A DNA stretch of 64,000 bases from Octopus bimaculoides (lineage: Eukaryota): positions 27,977,823 to 28,041,822 of the forward strand of contig NC_068988.1 in assembly GCF_001194135.2 (NCBI RefSeq), in the 5' to 3' direction. Position 1 is the first letter of the stretch, and the number at the start of each line of letters is the position of its first letter. Below, one piece after another: positions 1 through 13,504 of the stretch. Below the pieces are notes generated by a model. It was not told the origin of the DNA and ran no database searches. It saw only the letters and a program-made list of their open reading frames with translations. The translations under genes and the position numbers were made by a program.

Positions 1-1318
1 GTCTCACACCACCTGCCTAGACATGATCTTATGTCAACAAACATAAACATCTATCTCTCTTCTGATATATGCTTAAGTTTATTGGTAAAAAAAAAAAAAC
101 TTTGTTTTTTTTTACCATATCCAACCCTAATTAGTCACACCTATTCTATAGTATGTTTGGTACAAGATCTAACAAACTCTAACTTTGCCCCTCATATTCT
201 ACTGATATTTGTTTAATCAGTGGTGAAGGTTGCATTGTAAGAAGATACAAAACTAGACAAACTGGGTTTGCAACCAGGAAGTGAATAGATCCACTTCTTT
301 TACCTTATATAGTGACAAGTGCATTCATATAGCATTTTGTTTATGTGTGTGCGTGCATGCACGTATGTGTATGAGAGAGAACGAAGGCACTGACATGGCT
401 GTGTAGTTAAGTTCAGTTCTCAACCACATGGTTTCAGGTTCAGTCCCACTGCCCAACACCTGGGGCAAGTCCCAAGCTGCTCAATGTCTTGTGAGTGAAT
501 TTAGTAACTGGAGACTACATGAAGCCCATTGTGTGTGTATATCTGTGTGTCTGTATGAATTTCACGGTATGTAAACATTCACAAAGAGTGAATTACAAAT
601 GGTAAAGTTTTGACAATTCCTTATCAACAGATTGCCCAATAACTTCGTGCTTTTAAAGACATGTGGAATAAAATAAATTTTTTAAATCCCTTACTTGAAA
701 ATCAGGTATGGGTTAGTGACAGGAAGAGCATTTGACTGTAAAACAATGTCTCCGTAATAGGTATCCATCTACCTTATGCTAGCATGGAAAAATGAACACA
801 TGCACATACATACACACAACTAGCATATCTTAATTACAGGGAGTTTTCATGTAATTTGTATGTTCATTTTTCTTTACTTACACGGATGAGAGTTTCACTG
901 ATTTGAACATTTTTGTATTGAATAAGGTATTTTTATACATGAATATCTCACCTTCTTACTGACAACCAACCATTCAATTTAGAAACGGTAATGACATCTG
1001 TTATCAGTCAAACACACTGAAGTAGGCAAAGTCCCGACCATATCTACTCATGCATGAATCACACCCCTAATTTAGTATTAAATCATAGTACAAAATGTTT
1101 TCCCTTCATAGTTTTAGATTTGCCACTTATATAAGCCATGCCCCTGTTTTTTTTCAGTTAAAATCAAGTATAGAATAGTGTGACTTATACATGAATAAAT
1201 ACCCATGTTCAAAGAACTGTGGTTGCATCAATGCTTTACCTCCTGGCCAGCTGATTAACTATATTTGAACACCTTCACTTCAGACTGCTTATACCATTCT
1301 GTGTTGACTCTTTTACAG

Positions 1319-1419
1319 GTTAGCCAATTAAAACATGACCTTTCTATGAAAGATGAGTTGTTGCGATTCTATACACAAGATTTAGAAAATGCAGAGTCTG
1401 AATCAGATTCTAGTACACC
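1319..1419 (+). CDS. TRAK1: TRAK exon (HAP1_N): VSQLKHDLSMKDELLRFYTQDLENAESESDSST(P)
   Basis: ttttacag|GTT acceptor, CC|gtaagt donor, phase 0 to 2; HAP1_N motif. Confidence 0.93.
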
Positions 1420-2995
1420 GTAAGTATTCTTATTCATTTTCTTTATCCTATATATGGAGTGAAAAGTCACATTGTTGTCATCTCTGCTGACCCCTTTTAC
1501 TTGGGTTTTGGTGTACCCCAGTCAGTTGGGGACCCCTGACCCTGTATAAATTTCTATTGCATATATTTGTATACACACACACACACACACGATTTGTTGG
1601 AGCAGCTGTAGTCTATTGAACTGAAGATAGTAAATATTTCCTGCTGACCAATGGTGGGATAAAATGTAAAAGCAAAGCTGACTGGTAGGATTTGAACTCT
1701 GTCATTAATCAATGAAATTAATTACTGCTCAGCATGTTACCTTCTGTGCCACCTTTACAGACCTGATAATAATCTCATACTAAATTGTATTAAAACAATA
1801 ATAATAATAATAATAATAGTTTCAAATTTTAACACAAGGCCAGTAATTTTCGGGATATGGGGTTAGTTGCATAATTATATATTTTATGATTTATGGTTTG
1901 CAATATTTCTGGAGTGAAGTTTAAACAAAGTTTCATATTATATATTTTAGAGGCTTAATAAGGTTTGTTGATTAGTTATCATTAGTCATGTTCATTGAAC
2001 ACCTTGCAAGAAGTAAAGCTATTCTATAAATGCTTACCCAGTGCAGTATAGCAAGTGAACTTACTAGTATATTTACTAAATCAGGCTTGGTTACTGCTTG
2101 ATACTCTTTCAAGTGGAACAATTTTTATTTTTAATACTTCTTTATACACCTTTATTGACAAATCTCCAGGAACAAAAAAAAGAATAGAAAATGGTTTTTA
2201 TGGTAAACAATTTTTAAGGAGCATCTGTTTTTCACTGAGATGGAAGATGTCCTAGATTGGCAAATGAAATATTGATTTCAAATTTTGGTACAAGGCCAGC
2301 AATTTCAAGGGAGGGGTTAAGTCAATTACATTGCTCAACTGGTACTTATTTCATGTTAATTCTGTTCCAAGCATCAACCCAATAACGAGATCTGGATCAT
2401 TTATAGTAAAATGTGCCCGTGTTTTGGATTCCCCCCCCCCCTGTATTCAAGGTAGTTTTATGTACCTACCCACCACCATCTTGCACTTTCTTGTTGTTTA
2501 TTTTGGATTATGAAATATAGAATTTCCAAAAAAAAAAAGGATTTTATTAAGTGGTCTTTTGTTCTTGAGATTCACTTCAGCTGTCAGTTGCACTGTTTCG
2601 TTTCTGCACCAGCTATATGGAATTATCTGCACAGAACAACTTGTTTCTCTAACCTTGTATTTCCTTGATGTTCTCCGTTGAATGTAAAATCTTGCTCTAT
2701 CCCCTGCTTTCTGTAGGAACTCATTCTGTCACAGATACATTCTTGTGATTGTAGAGAGTAACTAAAAAAGATAATAATAATAATCCTTTCTACTATAGGC
2801 ACCAGACCTGAAATTTGAGGGGAAGGGATAATCGATTACATTGACCCTCTGTGTTTCACTGGTACTTAATTTATCAACCCGAAAAAGATGAAAAGTAAAG
2901 TCAACCTTGATGGGATTTGAACTCAGAATGTAGCAGTAGACAAAATACTGCTAGTATTTCACCTGGCATGCTAACAATTCTGCCAGCTCGCTGCC

Positions 2996-3053
<58 letters not shown>

Positions 3054-3057
3054 TAAC

Positions 3058-3108
<51 letters not shown>

Positions 3109-6100
3109 TCTTCTTCTTCTTTCTACTGGAAGCACAAGGCCTCAAATTTGGGGAAGGGATTAAGTCGATTACATCAATCTCGGTATGCAACTGGTACTTA
3201 ATTTATCGATACCGAAAGGATGAAAGGCAAAGTCAAACCCAGTGGAATTTGAACTCAGAACATAGCAGCAGACGCAATACCGCTAAGCATTTCGCCCGGC
3301 GTGCTAACAATTCTGCCAGCTCACCACCTTAATAATAATAATAATAATAATGCTTCTAAATTGTGGCACAAGGCCAGCAAGTTTAGGTGAGAGGGTAAGT
3401 CAATTACATGAACCCCAGTGTTCAACTGCCACTTCTTTTATCGACCTTAAAAGGATGAGAGGTAAAATTGTTCTGAATGATAATGGTAATAAATAGATCA
3501 GAGTTGCCAGAATAGGAGTGTACATAACATACATGGGATTGGTGAATAAATAAAATAATGTTTGTTTCTTTTATGATGGGGTATGATTAGAAAACATTCC
3601 AATAAGCTGATTAGGAATCTTTATCAGTAGTTTAACTGGTAGGTGATTGCAACCCGTGTGACTACTTGATATATGAAAGACTGCTGGAATTTTATATGAT
3701 AATTTACCTTCTGTTTTAGCATTTTCTCATTGGCTGTGTGCTATCTATGATAGCACAGCTAATGAGAAATAAATTAAGTAGGGAGATAAGTGTCTTATGT
3801 AAATCCTATATTTTTTATAGTTTTCTGTAGTCATTCTTGTTTAACAATTCTCAGTTCATGACTCAGCCAGTGTCTTTGAAATAGGGTTTCACTGTTGGGT
3901 CTCACTATTACTGGGAGTCTCTTCTGGCAAAAGCAGGTCTTCAATGTAGCTAGGGCTGCATCCCAAAGATTAGCCCTTCTCTTTAGAGCCAGAAGATACT
4001 TAAGCTCCAAACAATTGTTGATATTCTACAAAACTCAGTTGAGGCCCAGAATGGAGTATTTCTCTCACAAGTGGGACAGTGCTACTGCTGTAGCTTCCCA
4101 CACACATCGTAGACCGTGTCCAGAAAAGGGCCACCTGACTGATTGGCATAAAAGTTACTTACAGACATGCTCCAGCCCCTTGTCCAAAGGTGCTCTATCT
4201 CTTCTCTCTCTCTGACTTTTCTGTATCTGCTATAATGGCATTTCTCTATTCCTTGGAGCTGGCTGGGTTCATGCCACCTGCAGTCAGGTGTTCCCATGCT
4301 ATTCGTCTCTCCTTTGCTCATCACCCTTTTTATATCACCTCTCCTACTATGCCACATGCTAATCATTACAAGCTGCCCTTCCTTCTGATAATTTAGGCCC
4401 TCTGGGATTTTCTGAATGTCCCTATCAGATGTCTTACAAAAGTTCAAGAAGAATATCAATTCCACTATTCTAGGGAGGCCTGTAGAAGCTGTGGGCGCTG
4501 CCTCTTCTCCAGAACCAAGTAAAAAAGATGTGAGGTAGGACTGCCCATTAGAGGTCCCTGGATGTCTTAGGTTTATAAAACTAAGTTTTATTAGTGGTGG
4601 CAATGTCTGTAAAACTGTATTTTCTCAATTTAATTTAATAATTGAGGTCAAATAAGGTTTTCAGTTTTTAGAAAAGTTACCAAAACGCTTAAGAAGCCGA
4701 AAGGGGTTCTCACAGAGATATGGAAAATATATTGGGACCCACAGTTTTGTGTGTATCTGTCTCCATTGTGCTGCAGTGTTGTCTTGACAGTATTTTTCTA
4801 CCTTTTTCATTACCTTTTCGTTTTTTAGAACACAACAACAGCCATCCTCATCTGGAGCCGACAGCAGGTACAGCACCCATTCACATAGTTTTCCTTTGCT
4901 AGAGACAGCTTCAGTAACTTATAAGATGGCTGCTACCAATTTAGGAGACAGCATCAATGCTTCTCTGACTTTGCCTATTTTGATGATCCTAATATGTACT
5001 AGTATTTCCCTATTTACACTGACCTAGGCAATCTCAAAAATACAGAGTATTTCACTTGTGTTTATAACATCTCATTGTACTTAACATACTTTTTTTTTCC
5101 CAACTAAAGCCTCATCTTCATCTATCACTGTCTTTTCAAGTTGTGTATCATAACAGTTCATTACTCATAACTTCATTGTACATTAACAATATGTCTTCCC
5201 TTTCTACTTAGTTAAACTTCTATGTGTTTGTATTTCACCTTAGTATGTACTCTCTCGTGCATATATACATATCTATATTCAATTGATTTGTGATTAATCA
5301 TACTAATTATCCATTTAATCAACTACCTAATATCTAACATTCAGAAACAACTTCCAAAAACATTAAATTCATGTTGGTATGTGAAATCTAAAATAAAGAC
5401 AGAATGAAAATAGAAAACAAAAGATAGATGTATCACAAAATATATCTTAATATGCATGTAGTTGTGCATCAAGACATTTTATAATTAACATCATTATTTC
5501 TCTCTATCTCATAGTATAACCTATAAATAGATCTCTTACCATTGATGTTCAACTAGAATTTTTTTTTGTCTATGTCTTTAGAATTACATTAAGCAACCAA
5601 AAAGTTTAATTTGGTGTCCGTGTATCCAAAGGGGATGGAACAGTCCCGATTAGAACATTGAATGTTAGAAACATTAATACTATCCACACAGATCAACATG
5701 CCTGACACAAAAATGCAGATAGGGAATATCTGGAGTGCTGGATCTGTGAGTTGTTCCTAAATAGTTATCTATGTGCCATGGGTCTGTTTGAACAGGCCTT
5801 ACATAGGCTATATAACAAATAGTATTACTCAAAACTAAGATATCATCTTTATATCTTTATGCTGTGTGAAGCATCTTTGGACTCTTTGAACTACTGTTTA
5901 ACATTAAATATAATTAATATTATTAATCAAAAATAGAACAGTATGGCATTAAAAAAGCCTTACTATGTTTAGTTTCATCTTATATTCTGAATCCTACCTG
6001 AATGAACTTCATCTTTTTCCTGGAACCAGTAAGTACTAATTATACACTCATGTTAATGTAACCAGTTGTGCCCCATCCCTCCTAATTATTGGTCTTGTAT

Positions 6101-9100
6101 TCCTCAAAAGAAAATCATTATTATTCATATTTTTACAGTTATTTTTCCACATCGTGTGTTGTGTATTTAGAACCTAGAAATATTTTATCTTCAAACAAGA
6201 AACAATTAGAAAAAGTCAGCTAAAAAAGGAAAATGAAGTTAATAAGTAGCACATAGTATTTATCTTGAATTTATGTAGATTTTCCTTGATGTTCTCTATC
6301 TCATTGTTTCTGCTGTATTTATAAACTTAGGATACAATTTATAATCTTGTACTCTGACAAAATAAATATAAGGTCATGTCAAACACCTTTCTTCAAAGAT
6401 TTTGGAAGAACTTTTACAGATTATTTTTCTTTGACAATTTCTTCATGCAAGGCATTGCTTTTAATCCCCTAGCAATAGAAACCTTTTTTTTTAGGTTAGG
6501 CCTTAAAAAAATATATTTTTTTAATAGTTTTGTGTGTTTGTTATGTCTGCTATTATTGTCTATATATGTAATGATTTAGCTATGGAATAAAATTAGGCAT
6601 AATCTAGTGTATACATTTCATCTATATTATTCATAAGGCAGTTGACTGATGAATATTTTAAATTTGTTTATTTTAAATAAACTGATAAATATTTTAAATC
6701 ACAGCTCAGTGAGGTGACTCTTGTACTTCACTCACTGGGACTGTGGGTTCAAGTCCAGCCATATGCACTTCTTGGTTTGAGACTAAGAATGTAGTAGAAT
6801 GTATTAAGATCTCTTAGTTTTGCCGATATAGCCATACAATAGCAAAATAATGTCACAGATAATGTCTGCTGCCTGCTTTTTTATTCCATAGTTAAATTTT
6901 TTTCTTTTTTTTTTTTTTTTACTTTATGTAAAAATAACAACTCTCAAGGTAGAAGTGGCAAGAAGTTCATAACAAAGAATCTAGTTTTCAAAGACATTCG
7001 CTCCAAAGACTGCATCTTCGGTACTAACTATGTGAGCTTGACACTCTCTTAAGAATGAAACACCTATGAAAAGATACTGTTTCAAAAGAAATTTTGTATT
7101 TCATGATTCCAACAATCTTATACTTTTCAAAAGAACTACAGAATTTCTGTGGGTTCTGTTAATGACTATAATATTTACAGGATGAATGTCAAACTAACAC
7201 ATTTAATTTGGGGGTTTTTTCTTTCTTTTTTCTTTAACATTCAATTGGAAATACTAATATTATCATGATTATCTACTGGTATAGTTCTAATTTTTTTTAA
7301 ATACAAATTTTATATCCTCTCATTTTATTTTCTCTCTGAAGGGTGAAATCATTTAATCTGTCCAGTATCAATGTCGATAACCTAAAGAAAAAGGTACGGC
7401 TCCTTGAGGATGACAACTTGCAGCTGCGGCTCGAGGTAAGAGACGTGTGGATAAGTTCTCGTATGTACCTTTAATAAGCATACATTCAGCTTTGTTGTGT
7501 ATAAGTGCAGGAGTGGCTGTGTGGCTAAGAAGCTCGCTCTGCAAACGTGTGGTTTTGGGTTCAGTCCACTGCATGGCACTTCAGGCAAATGTCTTCTATA
7601 ATAGCCCTGATCTGACCAGTGCCTTGTCAGTAAATTTGATCCACAGAAACTAGGCAGCAGGCTGGCAGAAACGTTAGCACGCCAGGCGAAATGCTTAGCA
7701 GTATTTTGTCTGCCGCTACGTTCTGAGTTCAAATTCTGCCGAGGTTGACTTTGCCTTTCATCCTTTTAGGGTCGATAAATTAAGTACCAGTCGATAAATT
7801 AAGTACCACACTGGGGTTGATGTAATCAACTTAATCCCTTGTTTGTCCCCTCTATGTTTAGCCCCTTGTGGGCAATAAAGAAATAAGAAACATATGTATG
7901 CGTGTGTCTTTGTGTCAGTGTTTGTTCCTCCCTCACATACTCTTAACAACCAGTGTTGTTTGTTTAAGTCCCCCATAACTTAGCAATTCAACAAAAGACA
8001 CTGATAGAATAACTACCAGATTTAAAAAGGGAAGAAGTACTGGGTTCGATTTGTTTGCCTAAACCCTTCAAAGCAGTACCCCAGCATGACTGCAATCCAA
8101 TGACTGAAACCAGTAAAAGATAAATAGATCCTATCATTAAACCATGGAATTCTGTCTGCAGTGTGAATCCAGCAACAGCTCAGCTAGTTTTGACTGTTTG
8201 TTGTCGATTCTTTAGGAGTATCTGCTCATGTTCATTCTTCAGAGAGAGCAAACAGCTTACAAAGAATGCAGACACTGGTTTTACTTACTCACATAGCAGT
8301 ACATCTATTAGCAGTTGTATTAATAACTTTGTGTCTATGTGATTAGAAGCTTGCTTCCAAACCATATGGCCTTAGTTTCAGTCCCACTGCTTGGCATCCT
8401 GGGCAAGTGTCTTCTACTATATCTCTGGGTCAACCAAAGCCTTAGGTGGATTTGGTAGATGGAAACTGTAAGAAACCTGGTTTGTGTGTGTGTGTGTGTA
8501 CCATTGTCTTGATATTATATGATGGTTGTAAATGAGCATTATCATCATGTAAGCTAAGTTGTTTGTTTCTAGTGTTGTGTGAAAAACATGTCTACCTTTG
8601 GGAAAATATCACATAACTTGGAGACTGGTGGAGATTGGCAACAGGAAAGGCATCTGGCTGTATTGCCTTGACAAATTCTGTTTAACCCATGCAAGCATGG
8701 AAAAGTGGGCATTAAATGGTAATCATCATCATTATCATTTAATGTCTGTTTTTCATGCTGGCATGGGTTGGACAGTTTGACAGAGGCTGGCCAGGCAGAA
8801 GACTGCACCAGGCTTCACTGTCTGTTTTGGAAGGGTTTTTACAGTTGGATGCTCTTCTGAACACTAACCACTTTACAGAAGTGGACTGAGTGCTTTTTAC
8901 ATGATGTTGATAATTAAATATTATATTAACTGAATATTAATGACTATGTCTATTAACAACTTAGTATTAATAACTATGTGAATTTCTTGACAATTTTATG
9001 TCAGTATTTTACAAACTACTTTTAGTAATCTGTTTTTTGTGTGGTTTCTCTTACAGACTTCCCAGTTGGCATCAGTCACTGAGGACTATGAAGAAAAGGA

Positions 9101-12100
9101 AGAGAAGTTGGTGCAGGATTGCCTTAAGCAGCTTGGTAAGGATAACTCATAATTTGATATATGTATATTTATAAAGTATGATACACAAATACCTATTTTA
9201 ATCTAATAATGTTTGTGTTGCATGTGACTGTTTTTTATTCAGTTGGGCAGTTACTTGCAGTATCAGTGATTGTTTATTCTCTGTTTTCATGTATATATCA
9301 GTGGTGGTGGATCTCATTTAGACATGCTGGCTGTGAGTACACATTATTGATGATGCCCTAGGATTCAGAAATGCATCTATTGTTCATTTTCACCACTGCT
9401 GGAATAAACTCTATCTCCTTACAATATATACCTACTGTGTTTTCAAACACAGTGCATCCATAGAAGATATTATCTCCAAATATCACAGTCTATCATGTAT
9501 TTACATTAACTATGATACATAAATAGACTCATTAATGTGGTTAAAATTTCTCCTTCCCCACCAAAATCAGTTATCATTTCTTTTAGAAATCTCTAGGTTC
9601 ATCTGTTCTTAAAATTCATACTTGTGTACTAAATTAGGGTGCACAAATATTTAATGACAGTAGAATAATTATTTGATTGTAAACTATTTTATAGTAGTTT
9701 TTAGAATTATTTATAATAATCCAAGGCTGTTGCTCTGAATTTTATGATTTTTTTAATAAAAAAGTTTAGATGTATTATTTTTCTCTTTTTGTTTTGATTA
9801 TACAAATGATTAGCATAATTATCTTGTATGAAAATATGTCTCTGCCCCCTCTTTCTTATGACAACAACCCCCTCCACACACAATCTCTTTCACACACATA
9901 ATGTCTATTTTCCCCCCCTACTATAATCCCTGTGCAAACATTGCATCACATTCTTCTGACTCATGTTTGAAATGGGGTCAGTTTACCTCATTACAAGCAT
10001 AAGATACGTTAATGTGGATTACATTATGAAAGAAAGGATTAAAATATTCACAAAATCATAGATTTTATAACTTTTTAAGGCACAAAAATAGCTTCAGGAG
10101 CACATGAATATGAAATGAGTCACAATCTACTATCTTCTGTGCCATTCTTATGAGTTTTTTTTTTTTTTCTAGTTCTCTCATTTTATTATAAAATATAAAT
10201 GTATACACATGCACACTCATGCTTTTACTCCCACTAATTAATTACTTTGTTAGTGGGAATATATGAATACAGATGAGCAATTGAATTCAGTTCAACATAT
10301 ACTTTTCTACTCTAGGCACAAAGCCCAAAATTTTTGGGGAGGAGGGGGCATTTGATTATATCGACTCCAGTACGTAACTGGTACTTAATTTATCGACCCT
10401 GAAAGGATGAAAGGCAAAGTTGACCTCGGCGGAATTTGAACTCAGAACGTAAAGACAGACGAAATACTGCTAAGCATTTCGCCCATTGTTCTAACGTTCC
10501 TGCCAGCTCGCCGCCTTATTCAGTTCAACATAATGAGACAGTAATGTTTATATTATACAAAATTTATAAACACATAAATCTTGAAGTAGATATCTACTAC
10601 TTATCAAAATCTTGTGCTTCTGAAAAATCTATGAAATTTCATATTGCAAACATTTCTAAAAATACTTATTGTATTTGTTGGTATAAAAGACATAAGGGGA
10701 CGTTAGACACACCCTATTTTCAGCAATACATATTCAAGAGTAAAAGTTTTTAGAGCCTCAAAGCATGTAATATTTAGTTAGAAGCCCAACTTCACATGTG
10801 GGGCATGAGGTTATTTTTTTGTAGAAAAGTACATCTTATATGCTATCAAGTACAGTAGGTACTATGATCAATAAAGAACCTACAAGCAGAGTTATAAAAC
10901 CCCTGAACCAGAAGCTGGTAGGGAACCACCACCTACATACAAACACCAATGAGAACATGGAAACTATTGAACCCAAGCATTCTGAAAATATAATACACAA
11001 ACTACTTGAATTATTAGATAAAATGACAATGCAAATTTCAGAAACTTAAAAACAAGTGTGTTTATCAAAGATAAAGCATTTTCTTAATTTTCATTTTTTT
11101 TTTTATTAAAGCTATCTTGCATTTTAGGAGAAAAAAAAATCAACCCTCATACCATCTAGTAACCTGTATGCTATCCAGGCTACTATACTATATACCTGTA
11201 TACTAGACAAGTTCTACACTTCCCATGGAGCATAGGCCATCAGTGACTTTTTTTTCACTGTTCTTGATCTTGGGCAGTCTTTTTTGGATTTCTCTAATTG
11301 GTTACCCTCTGCTTTGTGTCATATATTTCCTTGGTGGAAGATCTTCCTCTCCCAGGCCTTATTGGTTTTGGATTGTCATCAATGCTTCTGTAACTTTGTT
11401 TTTCTTTTAGGTAGGGTTGCTGGCTCTACATGGATTTGTTTTTAACTCTTGGAAGAAATGGTTAGTCTGGCCTCTTAGTCTTTGGTCCTGCGCAGCACGG
11501 GAGGCCCTATCAGGACCTTTCACCCTGCTAGAATAGCTTTCAGAATCATCAATGCACATAAACCATCACACTCCTCCGAGGACTGTACCTTGTGGTGGAG
11601 TTAATGTGTGTAACTTCTGAAATATCTAAATAATTGGAGTTCATATTAGAATAATGTTGAACTAGATACAAAGAAAGCATCCCCTACATATATAAACATT
11701 CTGTTCCTGAAAATTTTGCCATAATGTCAAATTCCATTATACAAGTGTGACTGTGTGGTAAGCAGACATCCCAGCCACATGGTCTTGGGTGCAGTCTCAC
11801 TATGTGGCACCTTGGGCAAGTGTCTTCTGTTACAGAGTCCTGGGTCAAATAAAGCCTTGTATATGAATTTGTACATAGAAACTGAAAGAAGCCAGTCATA
11901 TGTGTGTGTTTGTGTTTCTTGCATGATAGTTGTGAGTTTCACTGTCATGCAATCACCATATTTCACTTCCAGTCTGTGAAAACATGTTTGGTCATAGGGA
12001 AATATTACATTATTTGGAAACCGGTGAGGGTTGGCAACCAGGAAGGGCATTCAGCCAGAGTAAATCTGCTTCAGCAAAATTCTGTCTAACCTTATGTGAA

Positions 12101-13465
12101 CAAGAAGTGGATTGTTAAAACAATGATGATGATGCTGATTAAACTATTTTTCATTTGACTTTCATTTTATGTCTCATTTTATGTATGATGAGAGTGAATG
12201 CAAAAATACATTCTATAGATTTTGACTTTACAGCAAGATTTTCAGGAGTAGAATGAATGCTTCTGCAATGCAGGGGGATTTCTTTTATTGCGTTCTTTTT
12301 GTTTAATGTCTCACATAACATTGTCATCATATATTTAAATGTCTTTTGATTGAGTGTTGCCTTCCTTTTTTATGTTTGTAGCTGATGTCAACAGTCAGCT
12401 TGAGGTCTTCTCTGATGAGTTGGCCCGCAAGACAGAAGAGAGTTCACGCCAGAAAGAAGAGATTACGAGTCTTCTTTCCCAAGTTGTGGATTTACAGAGA
12501 AAAAACAGAGAGGTGTGTATATTTTGCTTTCTTGTTCAGTTTTTGTTTTTGTTTTAATTGTAACATAAAATACACACATACACACACACACACACACAAA
12601 ATGGAACTGGTTAATAACTGACCCTCAAATGAAAAGGAAAATCTTGGCTCAGAACTTAATATTTAACAAAGTTGTGTCTCTTGCTTTACTATTGTTTCCA
12701 AAGCTTCATTACAGAGAATAGTTGTAATGAATTTTTACTATGAATATTATTCCCTTTGGGTTAGTGGAACGAAGTAAGAATGTAAACTGTAACTGTTTCA
12801 CTTGGCCACACAATTTTTGCTCCTCTCAAACAGAAAGTGAACCACGTGTAGGTTAGGAAGTCAATAATGAACTATGCTCCAGCATGACCACAGTCAAGTG
12901 ACTGAAACAAGTAAAAGAATGAAAGAATAATCAAAGAATTCTCTCCTCCTCCTTAATTAAATCATGAATTCATTAAAACAGTTATAACAACCAATGTTGT
13001 TAGCTTGATTCCAATTAAACAATCATTTAAAATCTTCTTTTAATTTGAGCAATAAATGAACTCTAAGATTCTAAAATGACAGTGAAAGGATCAATAATTT
13101 TTACTTTCTGATTGAGAAGTTTACCTTTACAAAATTAATCAAAGAATTATTTCAGGATAGGTATACCTTGTCCCCTTTGTGTTGAAAGAGGCAACTAAAA
13201 GGGTTAACATCAGGTAAGGCATACAGCTGTAAAACATTACCTGCCTCAAAATATCCCATTAAACCCATATCAGTATGGAAAGCAGAGATGAAAATGATGT
13301 GTATCTTTTGCTAGTGTAAATCACTGATTGGCCCTACAAAACCAATAATGCTATATCCTATATAGTAAGTGAAAAGTCATGTCCCTGTCATCTCTGCTCT
13401 CCTCTATTACTTGGGCTTTGGTGACCCCTCCTGACCCTGTATAAATTTCTATTGCATAATATTTG

Positions 13466-13504
<39 letters not shown>

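Noticed and set aside
2917-3201. Poly-N and poly-Y ORFs
   Set aside because: Translations of the (AAT)n microsatellite and flanking SINE.
4082-4603. 173-aa minus-strand ORF
   Set aside because: Antisense frame of the LINE fragment.
10840-11049. Coiled-coil-like 69-aa ORF
   Set aside because: No recognisable domain or usable splice sites; possibly a transposon ORF1 relic but unsupported.
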